This document shows positions 25,401 to 37,461 of a stretch of DNA of 64,000 bases, one piece after another. Origin of the DNA: Phaeosaccion multiseriatum (taxonomy: Eukaryota > Protista > Ochrophyta, other classes); NCBI GenBank assembly GCA_965112735.1, contig OZ218963.1, positions 1,612,001 to 1,676,000 of the forward strand. The letters run 5' to 3'. The notes below the pieces were generated by a model. That model worked only from the letters and a program-made list of their open reading frames with translations. It was not told the DNA's origin and did no database searches. Made by a program: the position numbers and the translations under genes. Numbering within the stretch: position 1 is the first letter of the stretch; each line of letters starts with the position of its first letter.

Positions 25401-26997
25401 ACACAAGAAGGCCCAGGCGCTGGAGTCCGCCAAGAGTGCCGCTGCGCAGACTGCAGAGCTCTCGACCCTGGCACAGGAGGAGTTGGGCGCCTTCAAGAAT
25501 GTCGTGTCGGACGTGAAGAACGAGGAGGAGAGCAAGGCGCTAGCGGCCTCCGCTGCAGAACGAGAGGCGGAAGAGGCAAGGACGCTAAGGGAGAAGATGG
25601 CCAGACAGGCCTCTATGGACGCCAGGACTGCCCGGGCGGCTGAAGAGGCGGCTCTCGCGGCGGAACAAGTCGATATGGATGTGGCACCGTCGCGCGCCCC
25701 TTCTGTGCGCGGACTTCACATGGCAAGCAAGCGGAGCTCGTCGGTGCAAGACGTGCTAAAGCATCAGCTGCAAGATCAGAGTAAGGCGCAGAGGGAAGAG
25801 AACGATGCGGGGCTGGGAGAGGTGTCTTTGGCTGTGATCCCCAAGAAGAGGGGATCAGTAGTGGACCGTCTGGGCGACGATAATAGCGCGTTGCCCACAG
25901 CCATGGGCCCGATGAAGATAACTGCATCAAGGCTGGCTGACCCGGCCCTCACGGAGAAGATAGAGGGCCACCTGATGAAGCAGTCCAAGTTCTTCAGCCG
26001 CTGGAAGCCGCGATATTTCGTCATGGAGGACGGTCGCTTGGAGTACTATGACAACAAGTCGCAGGTGAGCAAGTGGAGACGTCTGTGGACGCTGAGGGAA
26101 GCCGTCTTCTCCTTTCTGTCCTGTGTTTGATAGTTTGTCTCGCATCTCTATCCTTACCCCCCCCCCCCCCCGGCCCTCTCTCTCCTCACACCACCTCCCT
26201 CCTTGGGGTATCTCTCCTACTTTGTCCCCTTCATGCCGACCCATCTCGCTATCGCGCTCATGTCTTAGGTGCGATCTAAGCGGAAGAAGACGATGGAGCT
26301 CAGCAGCTCGTCCATCACCAGCTACACCAACACAAAGAATTGCTTCTGTGTACGGAGTGGGGAGATGGTGTGGTTTTTGCTGGCCAAGAACGAGGAGATT
26401 ATGAATTGGTGGATGACGGCCGTCAACGCTCAGATCCACCAAATGTACCTCAAGGGCTATCGAGTCCCCGGCGACAACTTCATGGCCGAGGGGCTCGTCG
26501 GCCGCTTCTTCTACCGCCTCCACGATGACATTGTTCCACAGTGGGTGCGAACATTCCCTGAAGTGGATGCGCCGAGAACAGGCGACGGGCTCTTCCCAGG
26601 AGAGGTGATTGAGGTGACGCAAGTGCTGAGTAGGAACAATCTCATCTTCTTGCGAATGTCGGAGGAGAGGGGGTGGGCACTGGCGCGTGACTTGGACACC
26701 AACTTGTCCCAGGTGGACGAGGTGTTTGGAGACATCGAGGAGGACCACAACAGCTACAACTACCCAGCAAGCGCGGCGGAGGCGGTGCCGATATTGTTCG
26801 GACCGGGCTTACTGACGCAGCAGACGGGGGAAGCGCTTGTCCCTGGGGAGCAGGCGCAGGCTATGGAGCGGTTTGTTCCACAGGACGCAAGCAACATTTT
26901 TTTCATAAAGCTCGCCGATGGGAGGGGGTGGGTGCCCATCTCAGAGAGGAACGGGAGCACTGCGATTATATCGGTGGAGGACGGCGGTGTGGTATGA
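22441..26997 (+). CDS. Unconventional myosin heavy chain: motor, helical/coiled-coil region, PH domain and two SH3-like repeats; exons 22441-26064 and 26269-26997
   Basis: P-loop GESGAGKT, switch I NPNSSRFGK, switch II DIFGFE, FIRCIKPN. The PH motif IEGHLMKQSKFFSRWKPRYFVM...EEIMNWWMTAV is joined across a phase-0 intron. Confidence 0.95.
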
Positions 26998-27352
26998 GGG
27001 GGGAGGGGGGGAGGAGTGGGATATGGATCAGGTACGTCTATCCGAGGCGGAGGCGCTCTTGTGGAGGGTAGCATTGCTGCCTTACTACAATTTTAAAGCT
27101 TGTGCACGGAAAGGCGAAGGTTGGGGGGGGGGGGGGGGGTTATAATAACAGTTTCGAAGGTCGTCGAGAGAGGTAGAGCGGGGGCAGCGGGATTCATTTG
27201 AAAATATAAAGCCAGCCTCCTGCGAACGAAATGGATGGAACGTATGTGCCTTTTGCGCGACGGCACCTGCGCTTGGTGAGAAGCGAAGGACTTTAACAGT
27301 AGAGTAGTATCATTTACAAAACACTCTTTCTCCTTTTCTCCCTCGGACTGAA

Positions 27353-30300
27353 TCAAGCTGTGCGGCGGGCAGCGGCCCTTGCGAGGTTATCTCTCTCTGC
27401 CACGAACATGAGATTCTTCTCCTTCATCGCTTCGATCTTGGCCTTCAATGCCTTAATGTCGGCTCTTCTCTGGTCGTAGTCCACGATGAGCAGGTCGCTA
27501 TTGGCAAAGCCCTGACTCTGCCGGAGTGAGGCAGCATCCGCTCTGAGCGCGTCTCTCTCTCGCTTGGCGCGTGTCATCTTATCACGCTCCTGAATCACCT
27601 CTGCATCTCTCTCTGCCATCCGCTGTCGAGCGATTTCATTCTCATTCGCCACGAATTGGAGCTTCTCCTTAATGTGCGTGAGCATTTGCACAGTGGTGGT
27701 GTTCTTCCTCCTCAGCTTGTGCAGCTCCTCATTCCTCTCTTCAATCTTTTCATTGAGCGTCTGATTCTCGATTTTGAGCTGCTCAAAGTCAATCAAGTGG
27801 AGGCCCTCAGCAAGCTGCTCCTTGGATCGCAGCTGTGTTTCCAGCTTCTTGAGCGTCATGCGCAAATTGATATTCTTGAGGCGCACTTTCTCAATCTCCG
27901 CGTCCTTCTTGCCCTGGAGGGCCTCAAACTGCATGATGACCCGCTTGGGGATGGCCTTGCCCGTGCGACTGTTCTCAGCGGTGCGGGCAATCTCTCGTTT
28001 GAAGTCACGGAAGGAATCTGAAATCTCCCTCGCTTTGAACTCCTTCTCGTCAAGTCTGGCCTGTAGATCTATGGCGTTCTTATCGTAGTCATCCTCCTGA
28101 CTGCGGAAACGCTCCCTCGTATCCAGGATGGCTGTAAGTGTCTCCGAATACTGGCGAGGGAGAATGGGAGGGAGGGAGGGAGGAAGGGAGGGAGGGATGG
28201 AGGGAGGGAGGGAGGGAGGGAGGGAGGGAGGGAGGGAGGGAGGGAGGGAGGGAGGGAGGGAGGGAGGGAGGGAGGGAGGGAGGGAGGGAGGGAGGGAGGG
28301 AGGGAGGGAGGGAGGGAGGGAGGGAGGGAGGGAGGGAGGGAGGGAGGGAGGGAGGGAGGGAGGGAGGGAGGGAGGGAGGGAGGGAGGGAGGGAGGAAAGG
28401 AGGGCGGGAGGAAGGGAGGGCAGGAGGAAGGGAGGGAGGGAGGCAGGAAGGACGGAGGGAGGGAGGCAGGAAGGACGGAGGGAAGGAGGGAGAGAATGAG
28501 AAGGAAGGCCGGCAAGTCAGCATATGTGGACGTACAATGTCAAGTAAAGACCCTTCCTTCTGTTGTACGGGAAAGTGAATGGCCCAACTCACCTGCTTCT
28601 CGCTCTCCCGCACCGGGGGTGCATCTCGGTCCGCTTGCGCTCTGCCGTCGCCTCGATTGTCCTCTCGCTTCTTCTGCTGTAGTGCCATGAGCTGCGAAAT
28701 TTGCTTCTGCCAGTCCATATTTTCCTTCAGCAGCCTTTCCTTCTCCTCATGCGCACTGGCCAGTCGCTCCCGCAGGGCATTGGTGGCGTCTTTGCGCTCT
28801 CTGATGATGTCCTCTCGGTCACGCTGAGATGCCTTGAAGGCTTCTTCCTGCTGCCGCCTGTCTTCCCAGACTTGGGTTTGCTCCGCGGACATTGTGCGGT
28901 CCACCTCGTACTCCTTGCTCGCCCTCCTTCCGCTCTTGCCATTTCTTCCCACCCCTCCGGCGGTGTTGGTGCTGCTGCCAACGCCATTGGTCAGGCCTAA
29001 CTCATCTTCCACTTCCTTGCCTGTCTGCTGAGCCGTCCTCTCCGCCACGCCAGCAATGACACCTTCCACCGCGCTGGCCCACTTGATGCACAGAAAGAGC
29101 TCGGCAAAGTAGGCCTGATTCATCTCTTCGGGCATGGGGAAGGTCTCAAAGCCTGAGCCCATCTGGAAGCCCCGCTGTCCATAGACAAGGGCAAGGTCCA
29201 CGACAGGGACCACGCCTTCTCCTAGAGCCTCTTTTCGCACGCACAAGAGTACCTTCTTGCCCCCCTTCGCCGCTCCTTCTTCTGCCGCCGGAGCCGCCCC
29301 TTCTTTCTCTTCTTCTCCTTCTCCTCCCCCTCCTCCTCCTCCTCCTCCTCCTCCTCCTCCTCCTCCTCCTCCTCCTCCTCCTCCTCCTCCTCCTCCTCCT
29401 CCTCCTCCTCCTCCTCCTCCTCCTCCTCCTACTTCCTCTGTCGGTGTTGGCTCGGCGGCCCCAATATCAAAGACAGTGACGTCGTAGCCATCCGGTACCG
29501 TCTCGCCTTGACCGAGGACTTTAATGTCTGTAACCGCCACACGTGCTGCCATGCCGCTCTGCGTCCCCTCTGCCGCAACATCACTGTCAGTAGCAGGCTC
29601 CTCGGGCGGCGGGGAGAGAGCCGCATCCTCGCTACTTGTCTTTACTCTCGTGAACTGCAAGCCCAGGTTGATGAGCGTCATGGCCTCCGCTCTCTCCGGG
29701 GGCATGAACATGTTGCTCTCATGCTCGTCGTCGAGCAAGGCAATCCCGCCCGTGTTCTGAGTCAACTCGACGGAGGCGATGGGCCCCACATCGCTGCGAA
29801 GTGCATTGATGGCGGCCATATGATGTGCTGTTTGCTCTTCCACCGTTCCTTCTCCTCTGTTATTGCCCAACCTGCCGAAACTGCCGCCGTCTTCTTCGGC
29901 AAGACTGGTGCCCTCTGCGTGAAGAGCCGCGTCCCCGCCCAGACTGTTTCCTCGATTGTGCACCTGCACGACGAGCCCCAACGCGCAAATATCGTCCATG
30001 CCGGGCAAGGTGATGCCCTCCTCCGGTGGCTCAATGTACGGTATAGAGCTGGGGTCTTCTCGCACATAGACTTTGATGTAGTAAGTACCCCTCGCTGCCA
30101 TGTCCCCGCTGTTGATCCGAAGGTCAAAGGAGCCATCCTCATGAATCTCAAAGGCCCACGGCCCCACAACCGCGATAACGTCGCCCGTCCCGTCCACATA
30201 GGGCTGTCCGCGGCTGTGGAACTGCTGCTGCAGCTCCTGGGAAGAGAGAACGTGAGACGGGGGCTCGTGCTGAACGACGCAACCACAAGGCCCGTACGTC

Positions 30301-31298
30301 TTTGGGTCCATCAGTCGTCCGCTGACTACGAACAAGTCGGGCTGCTCATCGTCCTCTCTCGGGACACCTCTCAGCTGGACGTACTTGTCGGCGTAGACCT
30401 CGGAGTAGCGCAGCTCTCCGTTGGCGACTCGTAGACCAATGCCGATGTGTGTGTGGGCCCTACTAAACAACTGCTCCTGGGGGCTTGCGCTGTCGGGGGA
30501 CGCAAACGCACCACTGCCCCCTTCTTCCCCTCCCCTCCCCTCTCCATCGTCTGCAGCGGCGGCGGCTTCACTACCATTAAGGCTCCCATCACCAAAGGTC
30601 CTTCTCAGACGCCCGGCAATAATGTCCAAAATACCTTGCAGCGTGACGATGGGCATGGCTGCACTGAAAATGACCTCACTCACGTGGTGCCCGTCTGCGA
30701 CTTTGGAGTAGCGCACGTACGGTGTGCTACCAGCCTCGTCCCAGTAACTCGTGTAGCGCAGAGCGCACATCTCCACGCAATGCAGCTCGGCGGAGGCGGC
30801 GAGGGGATCGTCCCACTGGAGAGAACTGATACCGTTTTTCGTTCTGGCCTCGTTGATCATGTCAACGGCCATCGCCACCGCCTGCTCGCAGGCATTCTCA
30901 ATCGCGTCGTGGTCGTCATTGAGGTGAGGACCCTCCGGGACGGTATCGCCGCACAAGCTTCTCCGAGAGTCGTCATCGGCTCCCTCTTGCGCTGCTTCCT
31001 CATCTCCTTCTCCAATAGCATCGCTCCAGGGCCCTTCTCCTCCCTCTTCCTCCCCTGCGACTGCTTTTCCTTCTTCTTCTTCTGGGGCTGGTACTTCTTC
31101 CTCTCCGGCCTGAGCCTGCCCCCCTCCGTCCGCTTCACCCTCCGTTGCTGCTGGGATCGGGATCTCGCTGCCTGAACTTGCTGGCTGTGTGCTTTCCGTT
31201 GTCTCCATTTCTCCCTGGGCTTTGCCATCGTGTTCTTCTGCCTTCAAAGGTGCCTCTGCCTCGCCTTCTTCTCTCGCCGCCTCTGTCTCCATGATCAA
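27353..31298 (-). CDS. CCDC96: CCDC96/CFAP184-like (DUF4201) flagellar coiled-coil protein with N-terminal CAP(SCP)-like and MABP-like regions; exons 31298-28593 and 28150-27353
   Basis: The C-terminal KEQLAEGLHLIDFEQLKIENQTLNEKIEERNEELHKLR is the CCDC96 signature. A phase-0 intron (CAG|gtgagt...ccag|TAT) joins it to the 1069-aa ORF. Confidence 0.85.
28166..28392. repeat. (GGGA)n tract in the CCDC96 intron
   Basis: Directly visible. Confidence 0.95.
29329..29430. repeat. (CCT)n tract encoding poly-Gly on the minus strand
   Basis: In frame within the CCDC96 ORF. Confidence 0.9.
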
Positions 31299-31767
31299 TT
31301 GTTGTTTTTTTTCAAGCTGCCTCCCTCGGACGTTACGCGTACCCCCCTGGGTCTTCTGCCCCCGGGGTGGAGGGAGGGGGGGGAGGCAGGGCAGGGTGCT
31401 AGGAGCGAAGCGACGGTGAGCGCAGCAGCAGCACAGCAGCCAGGAGTGGGGGGGTTGGAAGGAGTGGACAAAAAGAAGGAGTAGGAGTAGGTTGTAGAGG
31501 TACCTAGAGAATCGCGGAGGGGAAGCACAAAAGTCTTGTCAGTGCGAACGACGTTGCGAGGGGGGGAAGAACCAATAGGAGGAGTGGGAGACAGCTGCAG
31601 CAGCCAGCAGCTAAGGGCGACACTGAGGCGCCCTCGAGAGATCAGCTCGCTGCGTTGGTCTTGGGAAGGTGCGGGTGAAGGGAGGTGGCCTACGAGAAGC
31701 AGGGAGTCGGCAACTTCGGGTTGGTGGACGGCCAGCTCGGCCACTCGGGGGTGGGAGTGGAGACGGG

Positions 31768-33235
31768 ATGGCAACCCAACAAACCGCTGCTGGCGCAGGG
31801 GGCGTTGGCAGTGGATCGGGCGGGGGGGGGGATCAGGATGTGGATACTATCATCGACAAACTACTCCAGGTTAGAGGTGCGAGGCCGGGGAAGCAGGTGG
31901 CCCTTACCGAGGAGGAGATTAAGATGCTGTGTATCAAGGCGCGGGATATTTTCATGCAGCAGCCCATGCTGCTGGAGTTAGAGGCCCCAATCAAAATCTG
32001 TGGAGACATCCACGGACAGTACTACGACCTGCTGAGGCTGTTTGAGTACGGTGGATTTCCCCCGGAGGCCAACTACCTTTTTTTGGGTGACTACGTGGAT
32101 CGGGGCAAGCAGAGCCTGGAGACCATTTGCCTCCTGCTCGCCTACAAGATCAAGTACCCCGAGAACTTCTTTATTCTGCGAGGGAATCACGAGTGTGCCT
32201 CAATCAACCGCATCTATGGCTTCTACGACGAGTGCAAGAGACGGTACAATATTAAACTATGGAAAACCTTCACGGACTGCTTCAACTGCCTTCCCGTGGC
32301 CGCCATTGTGGACGAGAAGATTTTCTGCATGCACGGCGGCCTGTCTCCGGAGCTCAACCACATGGACCAGATCAAGAGAGTCATGCGGCCGACTGACGTA
32401 CCAGACACGGGTCTCTTGTGCGATTTGCTATGGTCTGATCCGGACAAGGATATCGTGGGGTGGGGGGAGAACGACAGGGGGGTGTCTTTCACCTTTGGTG
32501 AGGATATCGTGGCTCAGTTCTTGAGAAGGCACGACTTGGATCTCATCTGCAGGGCCCATCAAGTGGTGGAGGACGGGTACGAATTCTTTGCACGCCGCCA
32601 GCTGGTGACTTTGTTCTCGGCCCCCAACTACTGTGGGGAGTTTGACAATGCGGGAGCCATGATGAGCGTGGACGACACGCTCATGTGTTCCTTCCAGGTG
32701 AGGGATTGAGGCGTAGACAGCCTGCCCAGCAGCAGCAGCTTGTGCTTGGGAGCCCCGCCAAATGGGGTGGGGGGGATGGGTGGGGTGGGGAATGGAGTTG
32801 TGCTTCACTTCACGTGGCTGGATAACCAAAATGTTCTTGCTTTAGTGCCACTGCTCACTTCCGTTGCTGCTCTCTCATCTAACCCCTCCCCTTTCCCCAT
32901 TGTACGAAGGGCTTGGCCTGCCCCGGCAAGTGGAACGAACATGCCCCCATCTCTTGAGCCAAGTTTTTATGTTTTGTTCGTTTCTCCGGCGTCGTATGAT
33001 GTTAGCTCACGCCCTCGCCGCACCCTCCAACCGCACGTTCTTTCCCACCCCCCCCCCCCCGGCGCCCCACACCGGGAATGAATGAATGGATTTTAATGCA
33101 TCTCCGATACAGATTTTGAAGCCTGCGGAGAAGAGACAGCGTGTAGGGTATGCGGGCATGAGCCAACAGCCGCCAGGTGGTCAGCGGCCAGGCACGCCGA
33201 TGAGGGGGCCCGCCACAGGAGCGAATAGGAAATAG
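31768..33235 (+). CDS. PP1: Serine/threonine protein phosphatase PP1 catalytic subunit; exons 31768-32697 and 33113-33235
   Basis: [29 protein letters not shown]; LMCSFQ|ILKPAEK is joined across the intron; the C-terminal TP motif is present. Confidence 0.98.
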
Positions 33236-33728
33236 AGGGGGAGGGGAGGCGCGAAGCAAAGGGCGAAGGGCATACGGCCATGATAAGTAGAAGGGGCGAC
33301 AGCAGTTGGTGACACAGCAGCTGGCACGGGAGAGAAGGACCCGTGACAGACCTCAGGCGGTGCTGCAGGGGGGGGGAGTTGACAGATCGCACGGGAGGGA
33401 GGCTCTTGGTGAAGGCGGGAGGAGGCTTGTTGAGGAAAAGCAGTACCCGCAGCAGCAGCAGCCACAGCAGCAGCAGCAGCGTAGCGAACAGAAGGGCTTG
33501 CGTAATGAGAGTCTCGGAAGGACCGGAACTCAAACAGTGGGTGAAGAAGAAAAGTAGGGAGAGGTCGAATTATGTCATTAAAATACAGTTTCATTCGAGC
33601 CTTTTTGCTGCTGTGGTTGGGTTAGATATATCTCAGGGCTCAGGGCTCAGGGCTCAGCGCTTACTGCTGTTGCTCACAATCAGCTGATCTCAGGTGTAGT
33701 GCTGGTGCCCAGGGGCCCCAGAAGAAAT

Positions 33729-35433
33729 ATGGACACATTTATGACGGAGGCGCCAGGAGGGAGGGAGGCCACGGAGCCTGAGGGGATGCAGAGAGTTAGA
33801 GAAGAGCACCATCGCCTGCAGGAAGTTGTGGGGACGCTCAACAAAAAAATCACGGGGGTCCTCACAAAGCAGGAGAGCGACTTCTTGGCAGCCTACCGTG
33901 CACACATGTACACCGTCCAAAAAGAGTTGCAGACGATGCGCCAGAGAGTTGTGGACGCAGAGAACGCGCTGCAACGAAACGACAAGGTGCAGAAGCTAGA
34001 GGATGAGTGCGAGTGGTACCGGAGAGAGGCTCTGCGGCTGGACAGTTTTAATACCGCCATGAAGAAGGACTTGACATACATGAAGGAGAAGCTTGAAGTG
34101 CTGGAGGACGACAGGTCATGGCTATCCAAGCAGCTGAAGGCCTGCAAAAAGCAGAGCAAGCTTCTTCGCGCAGGTGCGTTGATTTGAAATGGGGTCCGTG
34201 GCAGGCAGTCTGTCTCAAGGTTCCCAAGCCGTGGTTGCCCGCCCTTTGAAAGCTCTCTCTCTCTCTCTCTCACTCACTCATTCCCTCTCTCTCCCTCTAT
34301 CTCTCTCTCTCTCTCACACACACACACTCTTTCTCTCTCTCATTGGCTCCCTGTCTCTCCCTTCTCCTTCTCTCCTTCTTTCTCTCCTTCCCTTTCTCTC
34401 ACCCTCCTTCTCTCCACACACTCTCTCTTTTGTGTGTGTGTGTCGTAAACGTACAGAGCTGGAAAATCGTATCAGCGGCGAAGGCACGACGAGTCCGCCA
34501 AGCGTACGAGATGAAGGTGGAGGAGGCTTGGTCACCTCCTCCAGCTCACCCGCACTGGGAGGGGGCGTGAAGATGCGACCACAGACGACTTGTCCGGCTC
34601 TCCCCGTTCCTCGGAGACAGTCAAGGAGAAGCGCGGCAGGCATGGGGTTTACCGACATGCATTCGCTGCAGGGCCAGTCCCAGCCTCGCCCTCAGACGCA
34701 TCAGCACGTTAGGGGAGCAGGGCAGGAGGAGATCCGGAAACTGAAGACACAGCTGCTTGCTTGCCAATCGAGGCAGTTCCAACGCGTACAGCTAGAAGAG
34801 TTTTTCCTCTCTTGCGTGGCGGAGGTGAAATTGGATATCGACAAGAGAAGAAAAAAGGGTAGAATGCTTGCATCTAGGGGTGGTAGCGGGGGGCAGACGA
34901 AGTCGCGCATAGGAGCCGACAGTCCCCTGAGCTTAGACGAGGCAGCAGAAGCCTTCAAGGAGCCCGTGGTGACCTTGGCGGAGTTCAAAGCAACGGACAG
35001 CAGGCGGGTCATGGAGATGCTGATTGCCAGAGAGGACGTGCTGGCCCTGCTCTTCACACACATCTTCCCCAACGATAGGCCCAGTCAGATGCCCGAGCCC
35101 TTTCCGTCTTGTACGTCACCACCAGCAACAGCAGCAGGAGGAGGAGGAGGAGGAGGAGGAGGAGGAGGAGGAGGAGGAGGAGGAGGAGGAGGAGGAGGAG
35201 GAGGAGGAGGAGGAGGAGGAGGAGGAGGAGGAGGAGGAGGAGGAGGAGGAGGAGGAGGAGGAGGAGGAGGAGGAGGAAGGGAGAGCCCTACTTCCCATGA
35301 ACTTGCTCCTTCTTCCTTCGCCGGCGTGGACGGCTCGTCCTCCATGAACCTCGATGAAGGCACTCGCACGTTCCTGCGACGAGGGATGAGTGGGGGACTT
35401 CCGAGCAGCGGCCGCTTTCAATTCATTAATTAG
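33729..35433 (+). CDS. Hypothetical coiled-coil protein; exons 33729-34173 and 34457-35433
   Basis: Heptad-rich exon 1 (DFLAAYRAHMYTVQKELQ...WYRREALRL); a phase-1 GT-AG intron with a CT-rich tract; poly-Gly near the C-terminus. Confidence 0.7.
35137..35277. repeat. (GGA)n tract encoding poly-Gly
   Basis: Directly visible and in frame. Confidence 0.9.
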
Positions 35434-36248
35434 AATTAAGGAGATTGAGACAGGAGAGTGAATAGTAGATGCTATAAGAAATATAAAGTTTACTCCCTCT
35501 GAGAGCTCGCTGGCTTGTTCGGTATTCCACACACACAGGTACGGCAGCGAAGTCTCTTCGAAGCACCCGCTGTGCATGCATCCTTGCGCAGGAGGCACTG
35601 ACCCTGCCTCTTCACACCGACCTGACCTCCGATAAGGGACGCCGGAGGACCCGAACTATGGTGCCATCCCTAACGCATACCCCCTCCCCACTCTAGTGCT
35701 ACTACTCTTTGAAGCAGCCCTCCTCTGTGGTGCTGAAGCGCTAATCAGTCTTGGAAGGAGAAGGGAAGCCCCTGCCCTTCAGCGCTGCATCGGCTGGGAG
35801 TGGCGAGAGGGGAGAACACAGGCATATGGGGAGGGGAGGGGGGCAGAGTGCAGCAGAAAAGACAGGGGGGCAAGGGTGATGGGATGAATGCCGCGGCAGA
35901 AAAGTTGGGAAAGGAGACGGGAGGAGGCGCACACTGGCAGCACGTGGCTGACTGGGGTGGTGCATGCGACGTGGAGACAAGGAAACTTCATTCTACGTCA
36001 TATCGCAAGACGTGTTGATTCATCTCTGGAATCGTGGGAGAGTCGAAGGAGGTCAAGAGAGAGGGGCAGAGAGAGATCGACAAAGATCGAGTGAGTTCGA
36101 CAGAGGTCGAGGTTGAGAGAGGTCGAAAGAGGTCGAACGAGGTCGAGAGGTCGAGAGAGAGTGGGGGGGGTCGCGAATATCATGCACAGATGCAGCATGC
36201 AGCCTCTCCTCCTGCTCACCTGGCCCCCGAAGAGCATTTCCTTGCAGA

Positions 36249-36281
<33 letters not shown>

Positions 36282-37461
36282 GGGCGCCCTCCAAGCATGG
36301 GAAACTCTCGCTCAGGCGTGGGGCTGAAGCAGCAGCTGAGCTCCAGCTGTGCCATGTACTCCCATCTTGGGCAGAAGGGACGGTGCCGGTGCACTTCAGT
36401 GCCTGCTTCGCACAGCCTGCCTGCCATGTTCCGAGTAGCTCCCCTCCTGCCGTACTTCTTGACATGACGAGTCCAGCGCATTGGATCGGACGCCTATTTC
36501 ACGCTATTTCATGGCGGTCGACAAACGAACGGGGAGTCTCCGCGTCCACGAGGGCGAGACCGTGCAAACCACGCACTGCAGGAGGCTGTTCCAGTGCGCA
36601 ATCTAGAGAACAACTCTCTCTACTCGGGGCTTCCTTTTCTCTCGCGGTCTCTCCCTCCGGTGTTCGCCTTCCGGGCTTCTCCTGATGCCCCGACTCCTTG
36701 CCGACGTAGGAAACGCTTTTAAAAGGAGACCAAGGGAGATGAGCACTCAGCGCGTGATACAAGACGGAAGTGGCCGAACACATGGATTCAGAACCCGCCA
36801 CCACTTCCGGCACTACAAAGAAGGAAACCCACCTCCAGCTTATCGTTCCTCTCTGCGACTCCTGGGTTACTACTGGACTGCTTCAAGTTCATCTCTGCCT
36901 TTTGCATGGTCCAGTTCATGATTCGATAGCCCGCCGGCAGCGGGATGGAGAAGTCAAACCCCATCACCCGCTGACCCCGTTGTGAATACGATACTTCAGA
37001 CGCTCATACCTGGCGGAGAGACGGAAGGGGGGCAGTAGAGGCAGCAGCGCAGCCACACAGCCAGCAGAAGCGCCGAGGGGTTCAGGGAGAGGGAGAGGGG
37101 AGAGAGAGGCAGCGAGAGAGAGAGGGAGATAGAGACAGAGAGAAAAGGAGGGGTATTAGCACAAGTCAGGGTAAGGCGGGGGACGTAACCCTTCTTACCC
37201 CAACGCCAGTCGATCCAATAGGCTCATGGTCATCTCAGCAAGGTCGAGTTTGGAATCGGAAAGGGGCTAAAAAGGGGGGGACACCAACTGATGATCACCA
37301 ACTGGCTTGAGTCTGATGAGCTGAAATTCATAGTCAATCGAACTGAAAGTGGAAAGTTCGCAACGCGCCACCCCCCCGGGGATCGCTTCTTAGCCGCACA
37401 CAGCCGCTTGTCTGCACTTTTACACGCGGAACCTATCCTTACCTTCCCTAATAGCACAAAT

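Noticed and set aside
35700-37000. Several overlapping 70-190-aa ORFs and a degenerate GAGGTCGA repeat
   Set aside because: No recognisable motifs or consistent exon chain.
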